64,000 bases of DNA from Longimicrobiales bacterium (GTDB taxonomy: Bacteria; Gemmatimonadota; Gemmatimonadetes; Longimicrobiales; Gaopeijiaceae): positions 1,728,001-1,792,000 of the forward strand of contig OZ241892.1 in assembly GCA_965203485.1 (NCBI GenBank), written 5' to 3'. Each line of letters begins with the position of its first letter. Within the stretch, counting starts at the first letter, position 1. The notes under the pieces are model-generated. The model was not told the DNA's origin. It saw only the letters and a list, made by a program, of their open reading frames with translations, and ran no database searches. A program made the translations under genes and the position numbers. Below are positions 9,834 to 19,573 of this stretch, in pieces.

Positions 9834-10792
9834 CCGCCGACTTCTACTGGCTCGGCCGTTACGCCGAACGCGCCGAGCAGACGGCCCGGTTGCTGCGCCA
9901 CCAGCTCACGCGGCTTCCCGACACGCCGGCCGTCGAGCTGGCGGAGGGCTGGCGGGCCGTCTACCGAAGCCTCGGCCAGGCCGCGCCCGACGCGCCCAGA
10001 GGCGCCGACGAGGCCGAGGCGTTCCTGCAGGCCGACGCCTACACGCTGGCCGGCGGCCTGATGGAGGAGGCGGCCAATCCGGGATCGGTGCTGGCGTGCT
10101 GGGGCGCGGCACGCGAGAACGGCCGACGCGTGCGCCCGCACCTGCCGCTTCGGATGTGGACGAGCCTCAACCAAGGGTTCTTGTGGTTGCAGGACAGCGA
10201 CTTCGCCAAGGCTTGGGCGGGGGCGCCGGCCGCATTGGCCAGCGAGGCGATCGACCGCTTGCGGTTCTTCGCGGGCGTGGTCGAGGCGATGATGCCCCGC
10301 GACCACGCGTGGCGCTTCCTGGAGCTCGGTCGCTTCGTCGAGCGGCTGCAGCGGCAAGTGGCGTTGCTGGACACGTGGAGGGGAGGCGGAGAGCCGCAGG
10401 GCGCGGCTCGGCTGGCGTGGACGGACCTGTTGCGCGTGTGCGGCGCCTACGAATTCTTCTGCCGCACGCACTCGATGACCGCCGACCGGGACGCCGCCCT
10501 CGCCTTTCTCGTGCGCAACCCCGCGCTTCCGCGATCGCTGCGCTTCGCTGTTCAGCGCATCGGAGCCCTGCTGGACGGCATCGATCCCGGCGGCGGGCAG
10601 TACCCGCTGGCCGCGCCGCACCGCGCGACGCTGCGCATCGGAGCCGCATTGGAGGTCGCAACGGGCGGCGGCGACGGACAACCCGAGTGGGAGTCGGTCC
10701 TTCGGTCGCTGGCCGGCCAGAGCCAAGCGCTTCACGACCTCGTGATCGCAACGTACGTGGACTACTCGGCCGCCGGGGGGGCTCCGTCGTGA
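9818..10792 (+). CDS. Alpha-E domain protein (DUF403)
   Basis: FYWLGRYAERAE..ARLL, ARENGRRVR, FLELGRFVER, LPRSLRF; overlaps the ATP-grasp stop. Confidence 0.88.
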   Translation: MLATVAADFYWLGRYAERAEQTARLLRHQLTRLPDTPAVELAEGWRAVYRSLGQAAPDAPRGADEAEAFLQADAYTLAGGLMEEAANPGSVLACWGAARENGRRVRPHLPLRMWTSLNQGFLWLQDSDFAKAWAGAPAALASEAIDRLRFFAGVVEAMMPRDHAWRFLELGRFVERLQRQVALLDTWRGGGEPQGAARLAWTDLLRVCGAYEFFCRTHSMTADRDAALAFLVRNPALPRSLRFAVQRIGALLDGIDPGGGQYPLAAPHRATLRIGAALEVATGGGDGQPEWESVLRSLAGQSQALHDLVIATYVDYSAAGGAPS

Positions 10793-11688
10793 CCGTCCGC
10801 TACTCGATCGAGCACGTGATGGAGTTCCGTTACAGCGCACCCGTTCATCTCTCCGTGATGACGCTCCACCTGCGCCCGGCGCAGAACCGGCGCCAAGTCC
10901 TGCGCGACTTCTCGATCGACACCGACCCCACCGGGCCGCTGTTCGCGTTCGTGGACCCGTTCGGCAACGCCGGCCACTTCTTCGACCGGCCCGCCGAGCA
11001 CGACGCCCTGCTGGTCAAGGCGCGCTCCCGGGTGGACGCGGTCGCCGCCGAGCCGGTGCCGTCCCGGCTGGGGACCGGCTCCTGGCCGGCGCTGAGGCAC
11101 GCCGCTCGCGACCCGGACCTTTGGCCCATGCTCAGTGCGAGCCGCTTCGCGCGGCCGTCGCCGACGCTTCACGGCTTCCTGGAGGCCCGGAAGCTCGCGC
11201 CCGCGGACGATCCGCTGGCGACGGCTCACGAACTCTGCTCCAAGCTGCACTCGGCGTTCGAGTACGCCCCCGGCGCCACCGACGCGCACTCTCCCATCGA
11301 GCGGATCCTGGAGAGCGGCCGGGGCGTGTGCCAGGACTACGCGCACGTCATGGCCGCGGTCGCGCGGCTGTGGGGGATTCCTTGCCGCTACGTGTCCGGC
11401 TACCTGGGTCCGCCTGCGGGAGACGCATGCCGAAGGGAGGGCGTCGCCAGCGGCGAGAGCCACGCCTGGGTGGAATGCTGGTTCCCGGAGCTGGGATGGA
11501 CGGCCTTCGATCCCACCAACGACGCCGTGGGCGACGAGCGGCACCTTCGCGTGGCGGTGGGCCGGGACTACGCCGACGTGCCTCCGGCAAGGGGCACCTA
11601 CCGGGGTACGGCCGAGTCGGCGCTGAAGACGGACGTCTCCGTGTCGCGGCACCTCTGGGACCCGGCCCGAGATCACGGCGCCGACTGA
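10789..11688 (+). CDS. Transglutaminase-family protein (Bact_transglu_N + core)
   Basis: YSIEH..FRY, DPFGN, catalytic triad GVCQDYAH / SHAWVE / FDPTN, VGRDYADVPP; GTGA overlap. Confidence 0.92.
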   Translation: MTVRYSIEHVMEFRYSAPVHLSVMTLHLRPAQNRRQVLRDFSIDTDPTGPLFAFVDPFGNAGHFFDRPAEHDALLVKARSRVDAVAAEPVPSRLGTGSWPALRHAARDPDLWPMLSASRFARPSPTLHGFLEARKLAPADDPLATAHELCSKLHSAFEYAPGATDAHSPIERILESGRGVCQDYAHVMAAVARLWGIPCRYVSGYLGPPAGDACRREGVASGESHAWVECWFPELGWTAFDPTNDAVGDERHLRVAVGRDYADVPPARGTYRGTAESALKTDVSVSRHLWDPARDHGAD

Positions 11689-11809
11689 ACGGAACAACGC
11701 CGCCGGCCTGGCGAGGCTCTTCGCGCCGGCCTGTTGATTCGGCGCCTGCGACGGCACCATATTTGGATGTTCGCGCCAACGCAACCCGACACCTCCCAAG
11801 GAAGCACCA

Positions 11810-12526
11810 GTGACCAGACTCGCCATGCGCACCGTCTTGTTCTCGTCCGTCGCCGCCTCGACGGTCTTCGCCGCCTCGCCTGCCCAAGCCCAGGTCTCGA
11901 TGGGCGCCGACATCGTCAGCCGTTACGTCTGGCGTGGGCTCGACTTCGGCGACTCCTGGTCGATTCAGCCGTCGGTCGCCTTCGCGGGCGGCGGCTTCGA
12001 GGTGGGAGCATGGGCGTCCTACGGCGTGCAGGGCATGAACGAGAACGACCTCTATCTCACCTACACCGCTCAAACGGAGTCGGGGGCCGCCTTCACGCTC
12101 GGACTGAACGACTACTACTTCCCCACGGCCATCGACAGTCCCAAGTTCTTCGACGGCGACTCGCACGCGATCGAGCCCTTCGCGTCGTTCAGCGGGCCCG
12201 AGGGCTTTCCGGTCGAACTGCTCGTGGCGGTGGCGTACAACCCGCCCCCGGCCTCGGACACTCTGGGCAGCCGCGAGAACGTCGGCTACATCGAGTTCGC
12301 AGTTCCGTTTTCGAGGGGAGGCGCGGATCTGTCCGTGCACGTCGGCGGCGTCACGAACGGAAGCCGCTTGTACTCGACAAGCGGCGCCGGAATCACCAAC
12401 CTCGGCTTGTCGGCGACCAAGGCGATCGGAACGGGCGACTGGACTGTTCCGACGACCTTGAGCTACGTCCTCAATCCGGACTCGGAACAGTCGTTTCTCG
12501 TCTTCGGCGTCAGTCTGTCGCCATAG
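11810..12526 (+). CDS. TorF/Gcw_chp-like putative porin
   Basis: Signal peptide (AQA), DIVSRYVWRG, SIQP, VGAWAS, ENDLY, DYYFP; alternative ATG at 11825. Confidence 0.7.
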   Translation: MTRLAMRTVLFSSVAASTVFAASPAQAQVSMGADIVSRYVWRGLDFGDSWSIQPSVAFAGGGFEVGAWASYGVQGMNENDLYLTYTAQTESGAAFTLGLNDYYFPTAIDSPKFFDGDSHAIEPFASFSGPEGFPVELLVAVAYNPPPASDTLGSRENVGYIEFAVPFSRGGADLSVHVGGVTNGSRLYSTSGAGITNLGLSATKAIGTGDWTVPTTLSYVLNPDSEQSFLVFGVSLSP

Positions 12527-12555
12527 GCGGGCCGACGGACCAAGACGAGCGGCTA

Positions 12556-12629
12556 TCGGGGCGCCCGGATTCGAACCGGGGACCTCCTGCTCCCAAAGCA
12601 GGCGCGCTGCCGGACTGCGCCACGCCCCG
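12556..12629 (-). tRNA. tRNA-Pro (anticodon TGG), CCA not encoded
   Basis: Minus strand CGGGGCG...CCTGC-TT-TGG-GA-GCAGG...CCCGG-TTCGAAT-CCGGG-CGCCCCG-A folds into a cloverleaf. Confidence 0.95.
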
Positions 12630-12979
12630 CCCGCAACCGTCGCCGTCTAGTGTCGCGGATCGGACTCCGGCGCGGTAGGCCTCTCGCTCAAGACCGTCCC
12701 GGCGAGGGCGGCCGGACGCGGTGGACGCCGCCGCATGCTCGGCGCCTCCTCGGCGAGGCTGGACGCGGTTCCCCGGCACGAACGGCCCCGGCGCGGCCCG
12801 GCGCGCGCGCTTCCGGGCGACTTGGCGCGGCCTGCCGGGCCGGCGCGACTCCCGGCGGGCTGGGCGCGGCGGGTTGCCCGGCCGGCCAGGACGACGCGCG
12901 AACCGGCGCGGGAGCAACCCGCGACGCCGGACGGCGCACGGCAGGTTGTTCGATCCGTTTGGGCGGCGCCGGGCGGCGC

Positions 12980-15003
12980 ATGGCGGACTGCCTGCTCTTG
13001 GCCGGGGTGGCGATGGTGGGCCTCGGCGGTTGGGCAGGCGACGGGCGCGCGCGCGCTTTCCCGGCCGGCGAGGCGGAGCCGCCGACGCACATGCCCGAGC
13101 GGCTCGACGGCAGGGGGGGGCGGCGAAGGAGGAAGGCCGGGGCCGACAGGCGCCACGTCCGGACGAGCGGGCCGGGGCCCCCATGCAGGCGACCTCGGCG
13201 GCCGAGGACACGTTGGCCGCGCGGCTGGCGCCGGTCTCCTTTCGCCTGCTGACCGCCGAGCCCGGCGACGCGCTGTGGGAACTCTTCGGCCACAACGCGC
13301 TGCTCGTGCGGGATTCGCTCTCGGGGCGGGAAACCGCGTTCAACTTCGGCATCTTCGACTTCTCCGCCCCGGGGTTCGCCGCCCGCTTCGCGCGCGGGCA
13401 GATGACGTACTGGGCTGACACCGTCCCGCTGGCGGCAATGCTGGAGCGCTATCGCGGGCAGAACCGGCGCGTATGGGCGCAGGAGCTCGAGCTGGAACCA
13501 CGGCAGAAGGCCAGGCTCTTGTCGTTGCTCGCCGCGGCCGTCCAGCCGGACAGCCGCTACTATCGCTACGACTACTTCCGCCAGAACTGCTCGACCAAGC
13601 TGAGGGACGCGCTCGACGCGGCCCTCGGCGGACAGATTAGGGAGACCACCGACTCCGCGCCCGGAGGCGGCACGTGGAGAACCCACACCCGCCGGCTCAC
13701 TGCCCGCAACGTGGTCGGCTACCTGGGCATTCAACTGATGGCCGGGCCGCGCAGCGACGAAGCCACGACGGCGTGGCAGGACATGTGGGTTCCGATGAAG
13801 CTGCGCGACACGCTGGCCGGGTTGCGCGTGGCCGGGAGCGACGGGGTCCTGGCGCCGCTGGTGCGGGCCGAGGAACTCTTGGCTGGATCCGACCGGACGC
13901 CCGAGCCCGCGGCGGCCCCGCCGCTGACGACGGTCTTCTTCCTGAGCGGCACGGCCGGCGGACTGCTTCTCGTCGTCTTGGCGCACTGGGCCGCGGGCCG
14001 CAGCCGGCTGGGGGTCGCGGCGTTCGGGGGCGCCGGAGCCCTCTGGGGGCTGTCTTGCGGAGTGGTTTCCCTGACTCTGGCAGCGATGCACTGGACCGAT
14101 CACGAGTTCCTGTACATGAACCGCAACATCCTCGTCTTCAGCCCGGTCGGCTTGGCACTGGCCGTTCTGTTCCCCGTGGTTGCGGTCCGGACGTCCGCCG
14201 GGCCGAAGGCGGCGGTGGTGGCCGCGGTCGCGGCGGCGCCTGCGCTGGCGGCGCTGGTCTTGTGGGCCGCTCCGGGGGTGGGGCAGGACAACTTGGAGTG
14301 GATCGCGTTCGCCGTACCCGTCCACGTCGGCGCGTGGTGGTCGCTGGCCCGCGTTCCCAGAGTCCACGGACTACCGGTTGGCCACCACGCGGGCGTCTCG
14401 CGACGCGACCAGTTGGGGCGAGGCGGCGAAGCCGCGAAAGACCTCCGGCGACCCGGACTGAAGGCGCCTCGCCGTCGCCGGTCGCAAGGGGGCGCGGCCG
14501 ATCCCGCCGCGCGGCGCTGCGCCGATCGGCGGCCGGTTCGACGAGGCGGCAACCGGCGCGCGACGCCCTACGCCGCCGGCCGTTCCGGGCGGGGCCGGTC
14601 GCCGAAGCGCCTCGCCCCCGCCAAGTTCGAAGGGCGGCGCTGTTTCCGGAGGACGCCACAGCCCTGGCGCGCCGACCCGGCGGCGGAGGGTCGACAGGTG
14701 GTTTGCGCGACGGGCGCTACGCGGGGGCGGCGCGGCGGAGGCGCTCCGCCAGGGCGCGAAATGCCTTGCCTCGGTGGCTGCGCTCGTTCTTTGCCGCCGG
14801 CGCGAGTTCTGCGAACGAGAGAGCCGAGCCGACGCCGGCAAATACGGGATCGTAGCCGAATCCGCCGACGCCTCGCGGCGAAGGCAGGATGCGGCCCGGG
14901 GCCTCGCCGCGAAAGCGCCGGAGGACGTCCGTCTCGGGATCGTAGAAAGTTGCCACGCACACGTACCGGGCGCCGCGCCGCGAAAGGGGCACATCCGCCA
15001 TGA
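12980..15003 (+). CDS. DUF4105 (Lnb-like) membrane protein, apparently frameshifted at G8 (13113-13120); alternative in-frame ATG at 13183
   Basis: ELFGHNAL, FNFGIFDF, YRYDYFRQNCST, followed by about 4 TM helices; a signal-like N-terminus (ATG 12980) is in a different frame; long low-complexity C-tail. Confidence 0.7.
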
Positions 15004-15601
15004 TCTCGAGCAAGTGGGCGATGTTCGCGTCGTCTTGCGCCATCCCGGGGTACGCGTCGAGGGGAGCGAAGCGTTTGCTGCGGACCCCGGGGCGTCCGTC
15101 CAGGGAGTCCACCTCCAGCCCGGAGTCGTCGGCTATCGTGGGCAGGCCCGATCGGTGCGCGAAGTACCGGGCCTTGGCGGCCGCGTTCTCCTCGAAGGTG
15201 GCCCAACGCTCGATGGCGTCTTCCTCTTCCGACCACGCCAAGCCGATCCCGTCCAGCGGCGTCGGTTGCGCAGCGCTCGCGGCCGCCGCGAGTATCGCCG
15301 CCACTTCGCTCGCCTTGTGGGCGCTTCTCGTGCCGAGCAGGAGCGTCGCCGCCGGAGCGCTCCGCCCGCCCGCATCGAACTCTGCCTCGCGGGACCGGAT
15401 CGTCGGCGCTGGAGACCCGGACTCGCGCGGGGCCTCTTGGCCCGCTGCGCCGGGACCGTCAGCGAGCACGGCGGCCGGCAAGGCCGCGCCGACCATCGAG
15501 CAGGCTCTCGGCGCGTGCATGTCGGGGCTCGCGCGGAGCCGCCTGGGCGCCGAGGCCAGGGTCGTCAATGGCAGGGTGGCCGGCGGACGCGGCGCCAGCA
15601 C
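14717..15601 (-). CDS. rdgB: RdgB/HAM1 non-canonical purine NTP pyrophosphatase (start uncertain; domain begins near 15345)
   Basis: GTRSAHK, TFEENAAAKA, IADDSGLEVDSLDGRPGVRSKR, GFGYDPVF, KNERSHRG. Confidence 0.88.
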   Translation of the reverse strand: MLAPRPPATLPLTTLASAPRRLRASPDMHAPRACSMVGAALPAAVLADGPGAAGQEAPRESGSPAPTIRSREAEFDAGGRSAPAATLLLGTRSAHKASEVAAILAAAASAAQPTPLDGIGLAWSEEEDAIERWATFEENAAAKARYFAHRSGLPTIADDSGLEVDSLDGRPGVRSKRFAPLDAYPGMAQDDANIAHLLEIMADVPLSRRGARYVCVATFYDPETDVLRRFRGEAPGRILPSPRGVGGFGYDPVFAGVGSALSFAELAPAAKNERSHRGKAFRALAERLRRAAPA

Positions 15602-15631
15602 GTGAACTCGCTCGGCCGGAACGGGAGGCCG

Positions 15632-16144
<513 letters not shown>

Positions 16145-16154
16145 CGCCAGTCCG

Positions 16155-17858
16155 TCAGAACAGCTGGAAGAGAAGGAACGCGGCGAGCATGATCGCGACC
16201 CAGAGCACCATGCTGCCTGCCGGCCAGCTGCGCGCGAGCGGGCCGTGCGGCGCGTGCGCGCGAAACGCCGCCCGATACAACGGCGTCGTCACGGCGGCCG
16301 CGGTGTCGCGCAACGCCAGGCCGGCCCGCGCCGCAACGTCGCCGGCACGACGCGCGGCGCGGGCGCCGGCCCGCCGGTACAGCCAGTCCGCGTCCAGGTT
16401 GGTCGCCGGGATTTCGGCGGGATAGATCTTCCAGATCTGGAAGACGGCCACTGCGCATATGGCGAACGCGAGCAGTTGCAGCTGCGTCAGGACATGGCTC
16501 GCGTCGTAGGGGCTGTAGTCCACGTCGTGGGGCAGCAAGCCGTACAGGAGTTCGGGCCAGACTCCAATCGTCACGCAACCGGCGGCGCCGATCGACATCG
16601 CAGCGATCATGTTCCACGGCGGCTCGCGGGTGCGGATTCCCGAGTCGTGCGCGAAGAAGGCGAAGAAAGGAATCTTGATGCCCGCGTGCTCCACGACCCC
16701 GGCGGAGGCGAAGAGCATTACCGGCCAGATCCACGCGTGGCCCTCGTAGACGAGCGCCGACATGATCATCGACTTCGAGACGAAGCCGTTGAAGAGCGGC
16801 ACCGCCGAGATCGACAGAGCCCCGACGATGCAGAGCGCGGCAGTCACGGGCATGGTCTTGTAGAGCCCGCCGAGTTCGGACGCCTTGGTCTTGCCGGTCA
16901 TGTGCATGACCGCGCCCATCGCCATGAACAGCAGTCCCTTGAAGAGGACGTCGTTGAAGGCGTGCGCGACGGCGCCGTTGACGGCAAGAGCGGTGCCGAC
17001 GCCGATGCCGCACACCATGAATCCGATCTGGTTGATCATCGAATACGCAAGCGTTCGCCGCAGATCGTTCTCGATGACCGCGTAGAAGATCGGAAAGCAC
17101 GCCATCGCGGCCCCCACGTAGACCAGCGGCTCCGTGCCGGCAAACCCGCGTGCGAGCGCGTACACCGCGACCTTGGTCGTGAAAGCGCTCAGGAAGACCG
17201 TGCCCGTCGGCGTGCCTTCGGGGTAGGCGTCGATCAGCCAGCCGTGCAGAAGAGGAAACGCGGCCTTGACGCCGATCGCAAGGAAGATCAGCCAGCCCGC
17301 CAGGCCATCCAGTCCGATGCGTCCGAACGACAGGTCGCCCGTCTCGGCGACGCGCGCGAGCGCCCCGGCCAGCAGGGCCACGCCCGACACGACCTGCACG
17401 ATCAAGTAGCGCATCCCCGCCCGCGCCGGGCGGGCCCCCGGTCTGGACCACACGAGAAAGACCGAGCTGACCGCCAGCAGCTCCCAGAACACGAAGAGCG
17501 AAATGAAGTCGCCCGCGAAGACGGCGCCGAGCGCGCTCCCTGCGTACACGAGCGCGGACACGTGCTGCAACGTGGCGTTGTCGCCCTTGCCGAGGTGCAG
17601 CGAGTAGACGACCGCGATGAAGGCGGCCAAGTGAAAGAGATAGCCGAACAGCAGGCTCAGTTCGTCGGCGCGAACCGGCTGAAGGACATAGCCCATCAAC
17701 TCCAGTTGCCACTGGTAGCCCGTCTCCAGGCCCGCGACGTTGACCGCGCCGGCCACCGGCACCAAGACGAGCAGAACCTTGCGCGCCGCCCCGCGCGTCG
17801 CCGCCGCCAGCGCCGCCCCGACGAAGAAGATCAGGAAGGGAGGCACGCTACTCGTCAT
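16155..17858 (-). CDS. Na+/H+ antiporter subunit D-like (MrpD/MrpA-N family)
   Basis: FVFWELL, PLLHGWLIDAYPE, FTTK, LAYSMINQIG, HAFNDVLFKGLL, NGFVSK. Confidence 0.88.
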   Translation of the reverse strand: MTSSVPPFLIFFVGAALAAATRGAARKVLLVLVPVAGAVNVAGLETGYQWQLELMGYVLQPVRADELSLLFGYLFHLAAFIAVVYSLHLGKGDNATLQHVSALVYAGSALGAVFAGDFISLFVFWELLAVSSVFLVWSRPGARPARAGMRYLIVQVVSGVALLAGALARVAETGDLSFGRIGLDGLAGWLIFLAIGVKAAFPLLHGWLIDAYPEGTPTGTVFLSAFTTKVAVYALARGFAGTEPLVYVGAAMACFPIFYAVIENDLRRTLAYSMINQIGFMVCGIGVGTALAVNGAVAHAFNDVLFKGLLFMAMGAVMHMTGKTKASELGGLYKTMPVTAALCIVGALSISAVPLFNGFVSKSMIMSALVYEGHAWIWPVMLFASAGVVEHAGIKIPFFAFFAHDSGIRTREPPWNMIAAMSIGAAGCVTIGVWPELLYGLLPHDVDYSPYDASHVLTQLQLLAFAICAVAVFQIWKIYPAEIPATNLDADWLYRRAGARAARRAGDVAARAGLALRDTAAAVTTPLYRAAFRAHAPHGPLARSWPAGSMVLWVAIMLAAFLLFQLF

Positions 17859-18102
17859 CGTAGTAGTCCTCGCGCCGCATCACCAAGCGCCGCAGACCCT
17901 TGGACGCCATGATCAGGCCGACGATGCCCACGAAGCCGTAGAGAGGATGGAAGAGCCAGTACTCTTCCAGCGGATGGTGCTTTCCGTGGGGGCTCACGAA
18001 GTAGCCGCCCACGGCCAAGGCCGCGCACAGCCCGAAGAACACGCGCAGGATCGCCTTGGCCCATCGCGGAGGGACGCTGTTCGGGCGGTGGCCGTCGTTC
18101 AC
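17848..18102 (-). CDS. Small 2-TM Mrp-operon accessory protein
   Basis: 84 aa, two hydrophobic segments, ends LVMRREDYYD; overlaps the next start. Confidence 0.7.
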   Translation of the reverse strand: MNDGHRPNSVPPRWAKAILRVFFGLCAALAVGGYFVSPHGKHHPLEEYWLFHPLYGFVGIVGLIMASKGLRRLVMRREDYYDDE

Positions 18103-18109
18103 GCGTCCC

Positions 18110-19573
18110 TCACCTTGCCACGACCGCCGTCATGAGCCGGTACACGGGTTCCGGATAGGCGAAGAGCGCCACGCACGCCGCGGCCGTCACTCCGATCGCC
18201 ACCAGGGACATGATCGGGGCTTCGCGAATCCCGGCGGCGTCGCCCGTTGCGTTCTTGCCGCCGAAGAACGCCTTCACCGGCACCTCCAGCAGGTAGGCGA
18301 GCGACATCAGCGAACTCAGCATGAGCACGGCCAACAGGCCCGTCTGCCCCGCTTCCAGCGTCCCAAGGCCCAGGAACCACTTGCTCCACGATCCGCCGGT
18401 CGGAGGCAGTCCGGCGATGCACAAGGCGCCCACGAAGAACGCGCAGAAGGTGACGGGCATGACGCGCCCCAGTCCGCCGAGCTGGCTGACTCGGGTCTTG
18501 TGCGCGGCAACCATGATCGCCCCGGCGCAGAAGAACAAGGTGATCTTGCCGAATGCGTGCATCACGATGTGCATCCCGCCGCCCACGATCCCCCAGGTGT
18601 TGGCGAGCATGGCGCCCAAGACGATGTAGGCTAGCTGTCCTACCGTCGAGTACGCGAGCCGCGCCTTGAGATTGTCCTTGCGGAAGGCCACTAGCGAACC
18701 CAGCAGGATCGTGCCCGCGGCAACCCACATCAGCCACGCCGACGCGCCGGTCGCGGACACGAAGTCGATGCCGAACACGTACACGGTGACCTTGAGGATC
18801 GCAAACACGCCCGCCTTTACGACCGCCACCGCGTGCAACAGCGCGCTCACCGGGGTCGGCGCCACCATGGCGGCCGGAAGCCAGCGGTGAAACGGCATGA
18901 CCGCCGCCTTGCCGATGCCGAAGACGAAGAGCGCCAGAAGGACCGGGACGGTCGCCGCGTCGGCCCAGCGGCCTTCGAGAATCCCGCCGGGCTGGAAGTC
19001 GAGCGTGCCGGCGACGGAGTAGGTCCAGACGATGCCGAGGAGCTGGAAGACGATCGACGTCGAGAAGAGCACGCCCAGATAGACGCGTCCGGCCTTCTTC
19101 GCCGCTTCCGTCCCCGCGTGCGTGACAAGCGGGAAGGTGGTCAGCGACAGCACCTCGTAGAAGGCGAAGAGCGTGAAGAGGTTGCCGGCGAAGGCGACCC
19201 CCATGGCCGATGCGATGGCGTAGGCGAAGAAGACGTAGAAGCGGGTCTGGTTCTTCTCGCCGTGGCCCCGCATGTAGCCGATGGCGTAGAGCGTGGTGAC
19301 GATCCAGAGAAACGAGGCCACGAGCGCGAACACGATGCCCATGGGCTCCGCCGCCAGCGACAGGGAGATTCCCGGCAACGGCTCGACAAGCAGCAGCTCG
19401 GGGGCCTCTCCGGCGGAGACGGCGCCGTACACGCGCCACACCACCAAGAACAGCGCCACGGCGGACGTCAGGCTTGCCGCCTCGCGCGCGTTGGGCCGCG
19501 ACCGCAGGGCCAGGATGAAGGCGGTGCCCGCGACCGGAACCAGCACGGCGACGAGCAACAGCGCGGCGTTCAC
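18110..19573 (-). CDS. Monovalent cation/H+ antiporter subunit D family
   Basis: PNAREA, FYEVL, PFHRWLPAAMVAPTPVSALLHAVAVVKAG, LAYSTVGQL; GTGA overlap. Confidence 0.9.
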   Translation of the reverse strand: MNAALLLVAVLVPVAGTAFILALRSRPNAREAASLTSAVALFLVVWRVYGAVSAGEAPELLLVEPLPGISLSLAAEPMGIVFALVASFLWIVTTLYAIGYMRGHGEKNQTRFYVFFAYAIASAMGVAFAGNLFTLFAFYEVLSLTTFPLVTHAGTEAAKKAGRVYLGVLFSTSIVFQLLGIVWTYSVAGTLDFQPGGILEGRWADAATVPVLLALFVFGIGKAAVMPFHRWLPAAMVAPTPVSALLHAVAVVKAGVFAILKVTVYVFGIDFVSATGASAWLMWVAAGTILLGSLVAFRKDNLKARLAYSTVGQLAYIVLGAMLANTWGIVGGGMHIVMHAFGKITLFFCAGAIMVAAHKTRVSQLGGLGRVMPVTFCAFFVGALCIAGLPPTGGSWSKWFLGLGTLEAGQTGLLAVLMLSSLMSLAYLLEVPVKAFFGGKNATGDAAGIREAPIMSLVAIGVTAAACVALFAYPEPVYRLMTAVVAR

